A stretch of 54,065 nucleotides of DNA, counting the filler, from Sphacelaria rigidula (lineage: Eukaryota), in assembly GCA_964200075.2 (NCBI GenBank). It is 5 parts of 5 records of this genome, joined end to end, with 100 filler letters (N's around TTAATTAATTAA, not from the genome) between each part and the next. Parts side by side here need not be neighbours in the genome. Positions count along the whole stretch, not along the records: positions 21,669 to 32,401 come from CAXNAA020006012.1; positions 32,502 to 43,233 come from CAXNAA020006013.1; 3 more parts are not named here. One strand, given 5' to 3'. Positions within the stretch are counted from its first letter, which is position 1. Every line of letters begins with the position of its first letter. The position numbers and the translations under genes were made by a program. Below are positions 21,669 to 35,164 of this stretch, piece after piece. The notes under the pieces were generated by a model. That model worked only from the letters and a program-made list of their open reading frames with translations. It was not told the DNA's origin and did no database searches.

Positions 21669-24388
21669 TGGAACGTGTCTTCGAGGTGTTCAGCCAGCGT
21701 GCAGCGCCGCGCCCCAGAGCGAAAAATGCGCCACCTTTTTTTGCTCCGAAAGCATAAGGGTGTACCCTTTTTTGTATATTTCCCAAAAAATCGAGTTGCT
21801 TCATCGTTGGAGAAGGCTGAGTGCAGAGTCCGACATACCTGACTGAAAACTTCGGAGGCTTCCCATAGAACAGTGTCGATACCAAATGACTAATAATCGG
21901 AATGGGCGTAATCATGGCCTGAGAAGTAGCCTACGGAGCGAAGGTCTCAATCGAGGCACTGCATGGCAAAAAAAGGGCAATGCACATGAAAAGGTACACC
22001 CTGGTGCTCACTGTTTTCGCTGGCGGTGGCAGCACCCAAAGTGCATCACTGTTTTTGCTGGTGGTGGCAACACCCGAACCGCGAAAGAAAACGTGCCAAA
22101 TTCGCACTACAGTAAAATCGATTCGAAGGATTTCACACAGCTACTCGTACTACTACCAAACACTCTGTCTGTTTTCACCCGCCCGCTGGCGACCCATCAT
22201 GCCCCCTCGTGCACTGAGGAGGAGACAATGCCACCGTATTTCCCACGTTTTGAGGAATGTTGAGATAATGTACTTCCATTAGTCGCAATCTAATCTACAT
22301 GCCTGGAGGAACGAATCGGTGGCCGACCAAATTCCACCTCTTTCCCCGGCCGGGCAGGCCAACATATGTATGTAGACAGACGGGAAAACGATTGAAATGC
22401 GACTGTCTCTAATACTCCAGCGCTGGCTCTACAACATCACCAGATACCGTTGTGTAGGGTATAGCGTGTGTGATACTGCAGTGTGATGTGTGAAGCTGGT
22501 GCTGTCGTGTCGATATTTGTTGCATATTGCTTGAACTGTCTGTACTTCGTTGTGCAGTACCCTGTATTGCGTACTGTGTGTAGCGGGTTCGGTGTCGCGT
22601 GTTGCTGTGCTGCTGCTGTACGCTAAATATTAAAAGCACCTGTATTGAGGAGATGAACCGAATACTCGTAGCGGGACATCTATGAGGACATGACTCTATT
22701 GTGCGGGGGTTGATCTCGGTGGCGGGTACCGCGGGGGGTATGTATTCGGACGGGATTGTTCAACAAAACCTGTCAGGGTTGCATACCAACCATCAGAGGG
22801 GTCAAGATTCAAGGGAGATTATTCTACATGCACATCTTGACAGTTGGCGAGTATGCATACATGCGCACGCCATCTCCTCATACGTTCAATTGCGGTCAAC
22901 GTCGGTAGCGGCAATCAAACAAATGCAGCGGGTCGCTTCTCCCACGGGGTTGGCGCGCCGGGCAGCATGGGTCGGATCACTGCATGACTTCGTTACGGAC
23001 GATGGTACAAAAGCTTACTGACAGCGGGGTATACAATCCCATTACAAATGTGAGGTGTACTCACTTTCTTCGTGCTTGTTGGCCTCCTCAGTCCTTTGTC
23101 ACCCGCCGCTCAACACTTTCTTATTGCAGGAGGCAGTGCTGCACGGGAGTGAATGTTCTGGGGGTAGGTGGTCGTTTCGCTGCGATCATGGTACATTTGC
23201 ATCTGACTTGCACCCTCCACCCTTGATCGTCAGGGTAGGTTGTCTGGGTCAAGCAATAATATCTCAAGTGAAAGTGATGCCGGTGCAGCAGATGAACTGC
23301 CCTGGGGGCCCCAAAAAAATCAGTTGAAGTTCAAGTGTGGTTGTATACAGCAGTACAGTCAGCACAGCACAAACACCGGTCCTTGTGTCGTCTCGTCCTC
23401 TTCACATCAGTCGTATTTCTTTTGTGGCTGGCTGGGGCAGACACCTCTCTCTGTACAAAGCAACCGCTTTTTTTACCAACCGAGTACAACAACTGTTGTA
23501 GTCGGTCTGTAGTGCTCTCCTGTCTCACGTATGCATCGTAGCTAAGTGTCATCAGAGAGACGAGGTATTTTCTCTTTTAGCTACGGTAGAGCTCATCTCC
23601 AGTAAAGCAAGCAACAACGTTGATACTGAGCATGGTCATTTTGTTCACTCCGACATGGCTTCGTGGAATCGGCCTGCGTGTTTTCTAGCTCTGACCAGTC
23701 CAGGCAGAGTCGACACACTGAAAAGCGGAGTAGATGGTCGACATGACATTCTAGAATCCAGTACACATTCTGAGGGAACCTGCCTTAAGGTAGAACCAGT
23801 TCTACAGCATGGTTGTGCAGATCCGCCTGTCCATTTTGAATTCACCCGCGCACGAGAGAAACGATGCATCACAGCGCGCGCGCAGCACACGGCACGACAC
23901 GCCGAAACGAACCGCCACCAGCTAGCGGCGAAAGCAGAAGCAGCCGCAGAACCTGAAGCAGGACTATAGCGTGGAGACCGTGAAGCAGCAGCCGCCGCCG
24001 CCGCCGCCGCTGCCGCCGCCGCAGCACCAGCACCAGCACCAGCACCTTCAGCACTGCCGTATGGATACCGCCGCTATTGCTCACAACGAGGGCGCTGATG
24101 AAGAAGGCATAACATGCCCAACCCATACTACCACACTGCCACTACATAACCCGGGACGATACTGCTACTCGGCAAAAACAGCGCCACTTCACACGCAAAT
24201 TCTCACCAGGTGGGGTGACGCAAGCGTTGGAGACACGGCCACTACACCGCCTGTCCCCGCCCAGGGATTAGGAATCCCCGCATCTCTTGGTCCTCCTCCA
24301 TCAAGGGCCGGACCGCTTATCTCAATACACCCTCGGGAAGACTATTCTGACAGATCCCCAGGTGCGTGTGGGCTATGTGTCGACCTGA

Positions 24389-24414
24389 ATATATATATAT
24401 ATATATATATATAT
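24389..24414. repeat. (AT)n microsatellite
   Basis: About 13 AT units. Confidence 0.9.
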
Positions 24415-25282
24415 CGTTGTATCATGGCATGTGTCTTGTGGCTATCGTGGCTACGCACTTGGTTGCTTTTTTGCGTCCGAAGGTCTTTTTCAGATCATGA
24501 ACAAAAACAGTCTCCCGCGAAAAGAGCTTGTCGGTCGACACACAGGCAGTTGTAATAAACGTTTCAAAATTAATTCACTGAACCCTTTTGGGACCGACCC
24601 CCCACTATCACGGGGTTGACCGTGTGTTGGTGAAATAATAATAAAGGAATCAGGCAGCGACCTGCCCGGGCACGGCGAGGCGAAATTCATCGACCAGACC
24701 CGAACGACAAGCGCGCGGACTGTTACCGAGTGTGACGTCACTGCAGAGATCGTGTGGGGACCCTGTCCCTTGCCCAGGTAAGCCTTCCCAGATATGCAAA
24801 TCCCGGATGCTCCGGAAATGGCTTCCCGTATTACTTGCACTCAGTATAGCGTGCCCGGAATTTCCCGGGAGTTTTTGAGGTCGCCAGCCTTTACTAAAAC
24901 GTAGTAATTACACTAGGGTGGAGGGTAAAGAACCGGGAAGGACTGTACATGCCACAATGTGATCATTCTCACGAGGTACTAAACCCAGCGGGGCCGTGGA
25001 AAGACAAGGGGCCTTACAGACTGGAAAACGTTATTCACCGCGCCCGATTCCCGAAAACGTCATTCTGGGCGACGGGGGGGGGGGTACCCCATTTTGGAGG
25101 GATAGGTACCCCCTGATCAGATGGATAATGACAATAGTAGGTACTGTACTGTGCAGTACGTGCATGCACGGCTTTTTCCGGCTTGTGCCAGGCTTGTGTA
25201 CAAGTTGTGTATGCTACGGCTGCACGGCAGGTGGTAGAGGTACGTCAAGCCTTGGCCGAGCAACGTCTTTATTTGTTGTATC

Positions 25283-25512
25283 TGTGTTTGTGTTGTCGTC
25301 CCATCTGTTCTGGACGCCAGTCTACACCTTTCAGTATATATGGGCGCACGAGCCGGGGTCACACAGGAGGAAGGCCAACACAGGATTTTTTCTTTTTTAT
25401 TTGTTCTAGTTCTCCACCTTCCTTTTGCGGTGCTTCCCTTATTTTTTTTTTATCGATAGAGGGGTTCAGCACACGCCCTTTCCCTCGTCGAGCCTGAGCT
25501 CGAATTTTATTG
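25283..25512 (-). repeat. Second copy of the SINE-like dispersed repeat
   Basis: Inverted homology to 14815-15058. Confidence 0.7.
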
Positions 25513-27413
25513 GAACAGATTATGCCAGCATGGATAAAGAATACAGAGCTGTGACTTGTTGGCTACTTCTTTTTAGCGACACCATCTTCATGAGATTCTC
25601 ATTTGTCGCTTCTACCTGTGTTGCTGTGCAGTATGCCAACCGTAAGAGATTCCCCCTCGACACAGCTGTTCGGACGCAGGCACTGCCTAAGCGAGCACCA
25701 GGTGATCATCCTTGAATCATCTACAATTGGTTGACCCACGCCACATGGAGCTCTTGTGGGCAGCTACTAGCTGCTGGGCAGGGGGTTAATAATCTCGTTG
25801 GAGTACTATTATATATACGTCATGTTGTGCCTAAACTTAGCTTTTATTTTGCCTTTGTTATGCCAAAATCTCGAAAAACTTACACCATAAGAGTACTGTC
25901 AGAATATTTTTATGCCGGTTGGAATTATACAGTCAAGTCACAGTAGCAGTGTATACCTCTGGTGTCACTCAGCAACACGTACGACTCGTGGTACACTTTT
26001 CTTGATCGACAAACATAACGCCCTCGGGTTCACGTCTTGAGTACACGGCCCTCTCCAGCATTGCGGCCTCACTACCGTAACACCTACCCTAAAGTCATTT
26101 TCCAGCGGTCAGCTTGACTGGGACTCATCATCCAACGGCCAAGTTTTCTTCTCTGCGGCCGCTAGAACAACTGATGTGTCCAAACTCCTTGGTTTTGAGC
26201 TGCTCGGGTTAAGGCCAGTATCGTGGTGGTGAAGGTACAGTTCAATTCCGTGTTGTGGTGAAGAAACAGGGAGAAACAGGTTTGTGGACACCATTTTTCG
26301 ANNNNNNNNNNTTTGGGTAAAAAAAAGGGAAAAAAAGGTTTTGGGACACCATTTTTTTTTTTTCCCTTTTTTCGACCCCCCCTGGGGGGGGGGGGGGGGA
26401 TCGTATTCCAGTCTGTAAGGCCCTTTGGGAAAGACGACACTATGATGAATCCTGCCTATTCCTCTGCCGATGGCTTGCAGAACACTGTGAACATATATGT
26501 GGTGGGCAGGGATGCATGAGCGGTATATAGGCAGTTGATCTCGGTATCTGAGCACTGCACTATATGTGCGGCGCAACGCCCATGCCCTTCGAAGAGAATT
26601 TGTCGCGTGCAATGAAGAGGGAAATCGCGGCCCACCCCGACCACAAAGGGCTGTGTGGCAAGGTGATGGGGACAAAAAAATAATCCAAAGCCACAAGTGG
26701 CGGGCGGCGGTCGCCAGGTTCTGTTGGAAGCTCTCCACGACGACTCGTACTGCTCGATACATCTGTCCATTACCTGATGCGTACATCACCTGAGTTGCAG
26801 TTTGTACGTGCACTTGAAAATGGATTGGATGAAACTCTCGGTCTTACTCATAACCCTGTGGTTACATAGGTGGATTCTCAGCAACATGGATTCACTGTTT
26901 CGTCCATACCCCAGACATGTCACTCCTAACCAGCCTCATTGGTCGCTCTGGAGGCCCAGTCCCCAACAGGGTTCGGAAGTAACTCCGATGCGTCTCGGCA
27001 ATCGGTAAAAAGCTCTAGAATTTATTGTAATCCAGAACAGAATGTTTCCTTGTTGACTGCTATAAATTTCTTGTACCCATACTGAAACATGACGGCCTAA
27101 ATAGCAAAACGTGTGGTGGTCAGGTCGAATCGAGAGAGATATAGTCTTATTCCCCGCGACAGGGTGCAGGTGTGCATCGTGTTGGGGTTGTTCAAACATA
27201 CAACAGTGGCGTGGACCTCGATATCCATCGGTTTCGTAGGGTTTTGGTCAAACATAAGCCACAATACAATAAAACGCAAGGATTCCGGCTCGATTCGACG
27301 ATAGTATGTTGGCTCCAAAAAAGCGTTCAGTACTACTCTCTGAACTCCAGTCCTGCACTCTTCAGACCCTTACCCAAACCTCCTCTTAATGCTCTTACGC
27401 GTTTCATTTACAG

Positions 27414-30400
27414 CCGCGATATCGCGCCTAGAAAACGAGCTGAAGGTTCATCAGTTCCCTTTCCTTGGGGATGCGGAGAGTACATGGAACAACGCGGTCA
27501 GCATGATCATAGCGAAGGTCGGAGACGGCTTCTGCCTGAAACGGCGCGACAAAAGCAAGGTGAGGTTTGATCCTGCTGTCTCGCAATGTGCTGGACGCAT
27601 GCACACAGGCTGAGCTTGCGGTCCTGTTGTATGAGGTACATGTACGCTTCCGCTACTCCTGCTCTTGGGCCTCTTTTCTGTTGATCAAACAAAATCATTG
27701 CGCCCACCCGAATGCCTTGCTCCCCTCCCCAGATCCACAGGAACGCTGAGATCGCCAAGGCCTCCTTGGAGGAAAACAGGTGGAGCATTGTTCACATCGT
27801 ATGCGAGCAGGGGGGTTTACCCACCGTTAAACCACGTGTGGTCGCCTCCGATCTTCGCCGCAGGTCATCATCCAAAAAGGTGTGTTTCTGCGCGAGTTCT
27901 TGAACTGACTCCGAACCACAGCGTTGGCAAGCAACGTAAGGCGAAGCGCTGCGCTACTGATGCCGCGTGTAGTACGGTACGCAACAAGCTTTACCCCAGG
28001 TAGACCCTTGGGACAATCCATTTCCTGCGCTCTTTCTTTTTTCTCAAGTGCCCACCGTGTTGAAGGGAGGGCACGCCTACGCCGATAAATGACCATCACA
28101 TCGCTGTCTGTTCTGGCTGAGCTGCTACCGCCTCACAACAGTTCATTGCAATGTCGACCCCATCTGTGCGTGACACGTAGGTGGATTGCAGCTTTAAAGT
28201 CGTGTTGAACTGGCCAAGAAGACAATATGGCCCGTGCTTTTCGGAGGTAAGTTCGGCGGGTTTAATATTAAATGCTCGAGTCGTGGCCGTAGCACACAGA
28301 CCACACTATCGGTGCCTTCAGTCGAAATATTCACCCTGCGCGCAGTGCTGAGGCACACGCCACCATTTTTCTCCCCACGACCCTCACATTCCCCCCCAAC
28401 AACGCCTGCGTCGCCCTCAACATAAACGGCGCAGGCGAGCATCTGTCTCAAGCACTGCACAAACGATTCAGGCGATGGCGAGTATGAGCGTCCGCAACTC
28501 TTTCAGTTCGAACTGACGACAGAAGAGATCCAAGGGCAAGTTGAATTGATACGTCGATTACACAAGAGTGGCGCGGAGACGAAAGATATCCACAAAGCTC
28601 TTCAGACGAGCGGCATCAGGCTGGGAAAAATTGGCAAGCAGATCGTGAGTGAACAAAGAACTCACCTGAGGCGCTTCAGTGCGGTGAAAGCCAAACACTT
28701 GATGACCTTACATTCTCATTTCATCACCAGTGAAGAAGCAGCGTACCGGCAGGGTCTTCAACAACCAACGGTCCTCTTCTTGAAGTCCTCATTTTGTGGT
28801 CCCCGCAGTGACGTGCGGCGTGGCCTTAGCGCCATTTTGTTGGCGAAATACGTGTGCGATTCGCCTGGCTGCCTTCGCCTGGCGGCTTGAAGACCGTGAC
28901 AACCTACGCATGTACCCATTTTACTCTGCCACCGCTTCCTGTACCGGTGACACGCCTATAGGTGCGAAACATCAGGTGGAAAATGGATAACTTTCAGGCA
29001 TCCACGACCGCCTATGACTCATCAGGTTACAACGACGCCCAGCTTTTCGTCAGGAACCTACAGCAAGACAGCTGCTTTCTAAGATTCAAAATGGACACGG
29101 AAGGCTGTATTACCTGCATTGCATGGGCGCATCACGCGCAGCAGCTGAATGCCATGCGATACCACTCCATCATCATCCAGAACACATTCAACACAAGCAT
29201 GTCAGTTCGGTGTGGGCCTGGTGTGGGTGTGCTATTCGTTATTGAAGTCTCCTATGGCATTCTGATGTTGAACAAGGAATCCTGATAAATGGGGACATAA
29301 TTTTTTATTGAAACGAAAAAGAAACATACGGAGCTCGAAATCGTGGGGGAAGCCCCGCCCCCCCTCCCTTTGGGCTTGCTTTTCGTTTTTCCTCGACCTT
29401 GATTCTCGTCTCCCCCGATCTCGTTTTTCTATATTTCCCCTCCCGAGCACGACAGAAGGTTGAAAGGGACCGAATGAGGGGGAACCGAGGCCGGGGGGGG
29501 GGGAGGGGGACTGAGGTCGAGGGGTAAAAAACAGGCTACGGTATAGGCATTTTTTTTTTGTGCCCATAAAAAAATCGTGCCCGCTTTCCAGGACCCCCTG
29601 TTGTTAGTCTGAGTATGTACCGTTCGGAAACAGGGCATCGCTTGTCAACACTTGGCATGGGCGCGTGTCGCGTCCGAACCGTTCGCAACTTTCCGCGTGA
29701 TCCTCCGAGCAGGAACAAGTACCAGCTGGCATTGGCAGTCGTCGTCGACAAGGAGAACCACATCCAGCTTGCGATGTAGGTGTTGGTATTTCGCGAGCGC
29801 ACGGAAGACGTCTTCGTATTTGAGACCTTAAAGGAGCTGTGTGCTGGAGGGCACCCGGAGGTGAGCTGACCGGCCGATGTGCGGAGTTTGTGTTTATGTT
29901 GAGCGATAACTTGCATGGGAAGGCAAGGTGGTACACAACAACCGCTGAAGTCCCGCTGCCTCGCTGACCAACATCCGACCGCTATAGATTCGACAAATAC
30001 GGAAAGCGCTCATATCACAAGTTCACCATGCATCCACGAGATTCGCGATACTACCCTTCATTTGAAAGTTCGTCGCGCGTGTGTGCTCTGTGTCCTGGCG
30101 CGTGTCCTGTCCAAAATTGGTGCTGGGCACGGGCCTGGCGAATTAGGTTATCTTCACTAACGCCGACTAGGAGGCAATGGCAGCAATCGAGCAAGTCTTC
30201 CCGCACTCCGTGAACAAGCTGTGCCTCTACCATACCATGAACAACGTCCGGAAGCATGGTAGAGGTCTTGGGGCGGTCGTTCTCGCGGCGGTGCGTGGGA
30301 AGTTCCGGGAAGCAGCATACGCTCAAACTGAATGCGTGAGTGACACGATTTCATCCTTGATCACTGATATCTGTGTCGGGTCGAGACTCTGAAGAACGCA

Positions 30401-30673
30401 CGGTGGGTTTCGTTTTTCCGGGTGATACTATCTAAGGAGTAAAAGAGGCACTGTTACGGCCGTTGCGTGGGCCACGTTAACATGTTGTCATGGTGCCAGA
30501 GAGATTTTCAATGTCCGCGTTGTACTTCCTTCTTCTACCACACCATTCACCCACTCAACCCTCTTTCCGCGGCCGTGACAGGCTTTTGTCGCTTATAAGG
30601 AGGAGTTTTTTTACCTATTGCCCCCGGAGACCAAGATGCGGAAGTACATGAAGAAGCACATATTTGGGCTAGG
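27414..30673 (+). pseudogene. Intron-containing FAR1/MULE (Mutator-like) transposase pseudogene
   Basis: GT-AG-bounded exons encode IVCEQGG...RRRSSSKK (27741-27879, FAR1-like), FKMDTEGCITCIAWAH...RYHSIIIQNTFNT (~28976-29195), NKYQLALAVVVDKENHIQLAM*VLVFRERTED..FETLKELC (29713-29860), VIFTNAD*EAMAAIEQVFPHSVNKLCLYHTMNNV (30147-30335) and AFVAYKEEF...YMKKHIF (30582-30673). These give MULE DDE-domain and CxxH motifs in the expected order, with in-frame TAGs at 29777 and 30168. Confidence 0.88.
29274..29600. mobile_element. Degenerate MITE inside a MULE intron
   Basis: CAAGGAATCCTGATAAATGGGGACATAATTTTTT versus the reverse complement of the right end, CAGGGGGTCCTGGAAAGCGGGCACGATTTTTT. No clean TSD. 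Confidence 0.45.
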
Positions 30674-31039
30674 GTGAGCACGTTTTGGCATGTCAGGAGT
30701 TGAGCGAGAAAACGCACCAGTGTTCTTCATATCTGACGATGACACGCCCTGTCTTCAAGCCTAAGAGGTTAGTTTCTTCCCATTGTGGTTGAAGCGAGCG
30801 ATTCCCCCCTCCGACTCTCCCCCCCCAGATTGAGAAATTAAGGGGAGGGGTGGATAATGCATGGCATAAACGCCAAGGCCCGCTGCACTCATGAAATGAA
30901 CACCTTACCAATGATCTTTCACATGACCGACGGGAAGGAGCACCAAGCGGTACGTAACCATTTTGAGATCTTGAAGGATAGAAGTTATAATAGCACATTG
31001 TGTGACGGAATCTTTGACCAAGTTTTCGGCAGCGAAGGT

Positions 31040-32336
31040 CTACTCTAAAGCATTAGTGAAGTAGCGACCCATGGGGAACCTTACACGGAGTGCGAGGAAG
31101 GAATGATGTAACCCCACTTGTGTGAACGGCGTTGACCTTGGCTTCAGGCTACAAGCCCGTGTTGATTGCATTATGAAGTGTTGGTGAGCCAGCAAATGAC
31201 CTGAGATACACCAGACCCCCAACAGGTACTACGATTAGAATGTCCCAGTATCTTGACTACCTCCGACCACAATGCTTGGAACGAACAAGCTGGCGATACT
31301 CTCGAAAAAAATCGAGAGAGAGACGGTAAGGAAGGGTGGATCGAGAAGTGAAGAGTGGACGGGTAATGTAGTCGTAGTACTGGTATTCGAAATCCGTAGC
31401 GATATGTCGAGAATAGAGTTGTGAAGGAAGAACAATAAAGTTGGACGATGCTGTTCGTCAATGAGAAAAGTATAAAGGGACGGAGAACACTTTCGAATCA
31501 CGCTAAACAGAGCGCGAGCAAGGCGTGGGAAAGGGTAGAAACAAGTGAGGTCTCAGTATGGGTTAGCAGGGTTTGATGGAAAATATGCATAGCCAAAGGA
31601 ACAACAAAATTACGGAGTCCAGTGGTGAACGAAGGAAAGGAGGAGCAGGAACAAGCAAATGCCCGGAAGGGAAAGGGGAGGGGAAGTAGCGACCCGAAGC
31701 AAACAGGCAATGGCCAACGCAGAAACGGGAAGAACAAGCTAGCAAAGGAAAACAGAAGTAAAAGCGACGGAGAGAGAAGAGTAAACGGCACGAGAGCGGA
31801 TGATTCGGAAAGGAATTTAAGAAAAGGATCGTGGAACCTGTGTGGATTCGTCACAGACAAGCGCAAAGAAGGAAGAATTTCGCAACAAGTAAACGCGACC
31901 TAGATGTAGTAGGACTCCAAGAGTTATGAGATAACGAGGGGGCGGAAATAGGATGCAAAGTTGAAGCGGAAGGGACACAAACCCTAGAGCAGGGGAGCGG
32001 GGGAAGTAGGATTCGTGGTCAAGGGATATCTATGTGACAGTATAGAAGTGATCGACGACACGAAATTCGACGACAGCATATGGCCAAGGGTACCAGGAGA
32101 GCGGGGAAAGAAGGACTTCTTCGTAGGTAACATCTACATGCCCCCAGAATCGAAGAGTAGGGGGGACGATATACAACGGAGGTTTGGAGACATACCAGCA
32201 GATATACATGAGTATGAAATACAAAAATGAGTAATGTTAGAGAGGGATTTGAATGCGAGAGTGAGAAGAGCGGGTCAACCGGATGATGTCATCGGGAAAT
32301 ACGCGGAAGATGAAGAACACGAATGGGGTAGAAATA
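31040..32336 (+). pseudogene. Degenerate LINE (non-LTR retrotransposon) fragment with AP-endonuclease N-terminus
   Basis: From ~31825, across frameshifts and stops: GSWNLCGF, DVVGLQE, DSIW.RVPGERGKKDFFVGNIYMPPES and VMLERDLNARV (GDFNAR-like). These are APE motifs in the correct order. The purine-rich sequence upstream is only tentatively included. Confidence 0.82.
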
Positions 32337-32401
32337 ACAGCCGATTTTATATTTTGGGGTTCATACAATATATGGGGCTGAAGTGGCATATCTGTCTTGC
32401 A
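32337..32401 (+). repeat. Repeat end shared with 43138-43203; both copies lie just before assembly gaps
   Basis: AACAGCCGATTTTAT.TTTTGGGGTTCA.ACA..ATATGGGGCTGAAGTGGCATATCT.T.TTGCA at both places. Confidence 0.85.
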
Positions 32402-32501
32402 NNNNNNNNNNNNNNNNNNNNNNNNNNNNNNNNNNNNNNNNNNNNTTAATTAATTAANNNNNNNNNNNNNNNNNNNNNNNNNNNNNNNNNNNNNNNNNNN
32501 N
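32402..32501. other. Assembly gap with artificial linker
   Basis: N44-TTAATTAATTAA-N44. Confidence 0.97.
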
Positions 32502-32954
32502 GTAAGCACACGCAAGTGATGGAGGTGAAGAGCACACGTGGAATAAAAAAATTACTCACTTCAAGCGAATGATCAAAGCAACTCTCGATCGTATCATCCA
32601 CTCTCAGTCTCACGAAAACGTTGTTGGGAGCATTTATAGTTGAGGTCGCTTTTCCGCCCTGGGCCTCGTTCATGTCCCACCACCGTTATGGGCGCACCTG
32701 ACCCCCCAAAATGGGCAAAAAACGTTTCACCGACCAAAACCACGAAAAGACACGAACACATCGACTCTTGGGGCTTATCTAGGCCCGTCGGGTAAAATAC
32801 ACCTTACGTCATCGGAAGAGAACGACATGGATAAAAAAATCATATAGAGAACCCTACCGTTACTTCCCTTGATGTTCCTCATATATTGCATGCCACTGCG
32901 TCGCTTTTCGTCCGCACTTGCGATACACTGAAATGCCAGGAGGCTGGTTGGGTT

Positions 32955-33935
32955 GACCTAACCCAACGTACACCGAGAACCCTCGGGCAAGGGCGGTATA
33001 TACATTCTCTAAACAAAGTGAGGCCTTGGTAGACCCCAAATCTACGCCTGTGGCGCCGATTTCAACGAAAACACGTTCTGCTCACACGAGGAGCCCACGG
33101 GACTGTCAGTCCTACTTGAATTCCGATTCTCGTTGTACACACTCAAACCAAGTAATATCAACCATGAACATTTGTAGCCCAACACCGGTACAGTAACTGA
33201 AACCGGAACGCTGGACCATTTATTTTATGGAACGCTGATTGAAAATCGGGGCAAACTCATATGCTCAATATGCGGCAGAACCATATGTACTGATGAACTT
33301 CAACGAGAACGGCCCTTACACCGGGTGTGTGATGTAGGCTGGGCGGATGTTGGTCGACTTTCTCGTCATGTCTTGAGGTGTTTGATTTATCGGATCCCAT
33401 CGTTCTACAATTGTAGCGGATGAATGACTCGCCCTGTGCAATTGTTTTTGTTGTTCCGTGGGTATGCTTTTCATTTCATGAATATGCATGATTTTCACTG
33501 ACTCCGAAGATATCGTGTTCCAAGAGGGAATGAAAACAAACCGTCTGTCGTCATCCACCACTGCCGATACAACGGACGCGTGTCTTAGGCCGGGTTGGTG
33601 CACTGAAAGACATGAATGAGGCTTCGGTGCCATGTGACTTCAGCTAAAGCGGACCGACGACTTTATGCTATCTTTTGAGTCGTCTTGACGCAGTATAGTT
33701 GACCATTCGGGAGGATAAGTTGGTCCATCTTGATTGGAGTGTGAACACGGAAATCTGAATCTTTTCAAGGGAGCTATGCTCCTAGTATGCTCCTAGCATG
33801 CCCACAACGCGTTTTTGTCTGAATCGGGGCCTGGGGCACCGATTTGAGGTCTCGCAACTTCGTTCAGGGAACACGTTGCACCCGCCTTGCCCGAGGATTC
33901 TCGGTATGCCCTTGTTGTGGTTAGGGTTAGGTTTG
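32955..33935. mobile_element. Putative ~1-kb non-autonomous DNA element bounded by diverged inverted repeats
   Basis: CCTAACCCAAC..ACCGAGAACCCTCGGGCAAGGGCGG on the left and CCCGCCTTGCCCGAGGATTCTCGGTATG..GGTTAGGGTTAGG on the right. Confidence 0.5.
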
Positions 33936-34331
33936 GTTTTATAATTTATTCGCTTCGCTGCTGCAAGGTCGCAAAGATGATCTTTGCTTTCGTTCGTGCG
34001 ACTCATGACCATGTGTATAGCGGCTGTTGGAGTGTGTTGCCATTGCGGACACTGTTCTCTCTTCGAAAACGCCAGCTTGCTCTGTGGCTTTCTTTTCTTC
34101 AATTCAGAGTTTGTCCACACTTGCCGCCATCTAATCTACGCTATCGATGGTGGCGTGGTGATGGCATCGGATGCAGGAGAACGAGCGCGACTCTTGGCAC
34201 TATCGCAAGCGATGCACAGATGGGGGTAAATATCCGCAGACACGGAAGGGGTTGGGTCGAACGTTCAAATTCTACACCTGTCGAACATTCCACACATGCG
34301 ATGTATCAACCATCTGCGCTATCAAGAGTCA

Positions 34332-34475
34332 TTCATGGGTGTAATCTATTCTGAGGCCCTTGGACAGGGGTGAGGTTTTCGCATGTCATGGAAACTGGCG
34401 AGTTTCATGGGTGTAATCTATTCTGAGGCCCTTGGACAGGGGTGAGGTTTTCGCATGTCATGGAAACTGGCGAGT
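34332..34475. repeat. Perfect 72-bp tandem duplication
   Basis: 34332-34403 is identical to 34404-34475. Confidence 0.95.
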
Positions 34476-35164
34476 GTTGGAGGCGCTTTTTTGGGCTGAT
34501 AGCCTAATCTGTTTCAGAAAATACTTCCGACCAAGGTCATCGATTGGGAAACGAATCTTTGCATCACCTGCGCCAAAACCACGGCTACAACTTTGGTGCT
34601 TGGAATTTTTTAATTCACCAGCATCCGAGTTTTATAACGAATGAAGTGGAAAAGATATAGTTTTTTTGCGATTTTCTCGATCACCGTAACTTCTTTCGCC
34701 AAACTGAGCACCAACATCGTAGCTTACACAAATACACGCCGGTGAGTAGCCGAGCCACGCCGTGGTTCGTACTCCGGGACGAGAAAACTTCGAAACCGTG
34801 AAATGGAAACTCCACTCGAATCGGAAGTGCTTTGGGTGATTTTACGGCGTGCATATTCAGGGGATGAACAAGATGCGGTCTGTTCCGTGCTTTTGGTCAG
34901 TGACACTTTTTTGGCTCATTTTGGGGGGTCAGGCGCGCCCGTAGCCGTGTCAACGGTGTAGCATTCGATTTTCGGTTGCGCTGCATCTGGGCGGTCAACC
35001 TCTCGAAGAGGCCATCTTTTCCCTAAGAAAAAGTCGGCAAGTCGATAAAAATCGGGCGTCATTCCTTTCTCCTGTGGGTAGTACTTTTTCCACTGAGCCA
35101 AGTGTACCCACGTTTGTTTTGCGTCGTTGCCCAAATTTACTTTGTGCACTGGTGGCGATACTTC

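Noticed and set aside
26700-27318. Possible minus-strand Gypsy RT remnant (ESLRFIV, YLSRFDLTT)
   Set aside because: Only vague motif echoes and no YxDD, so it cannot be supported without BLASTX.
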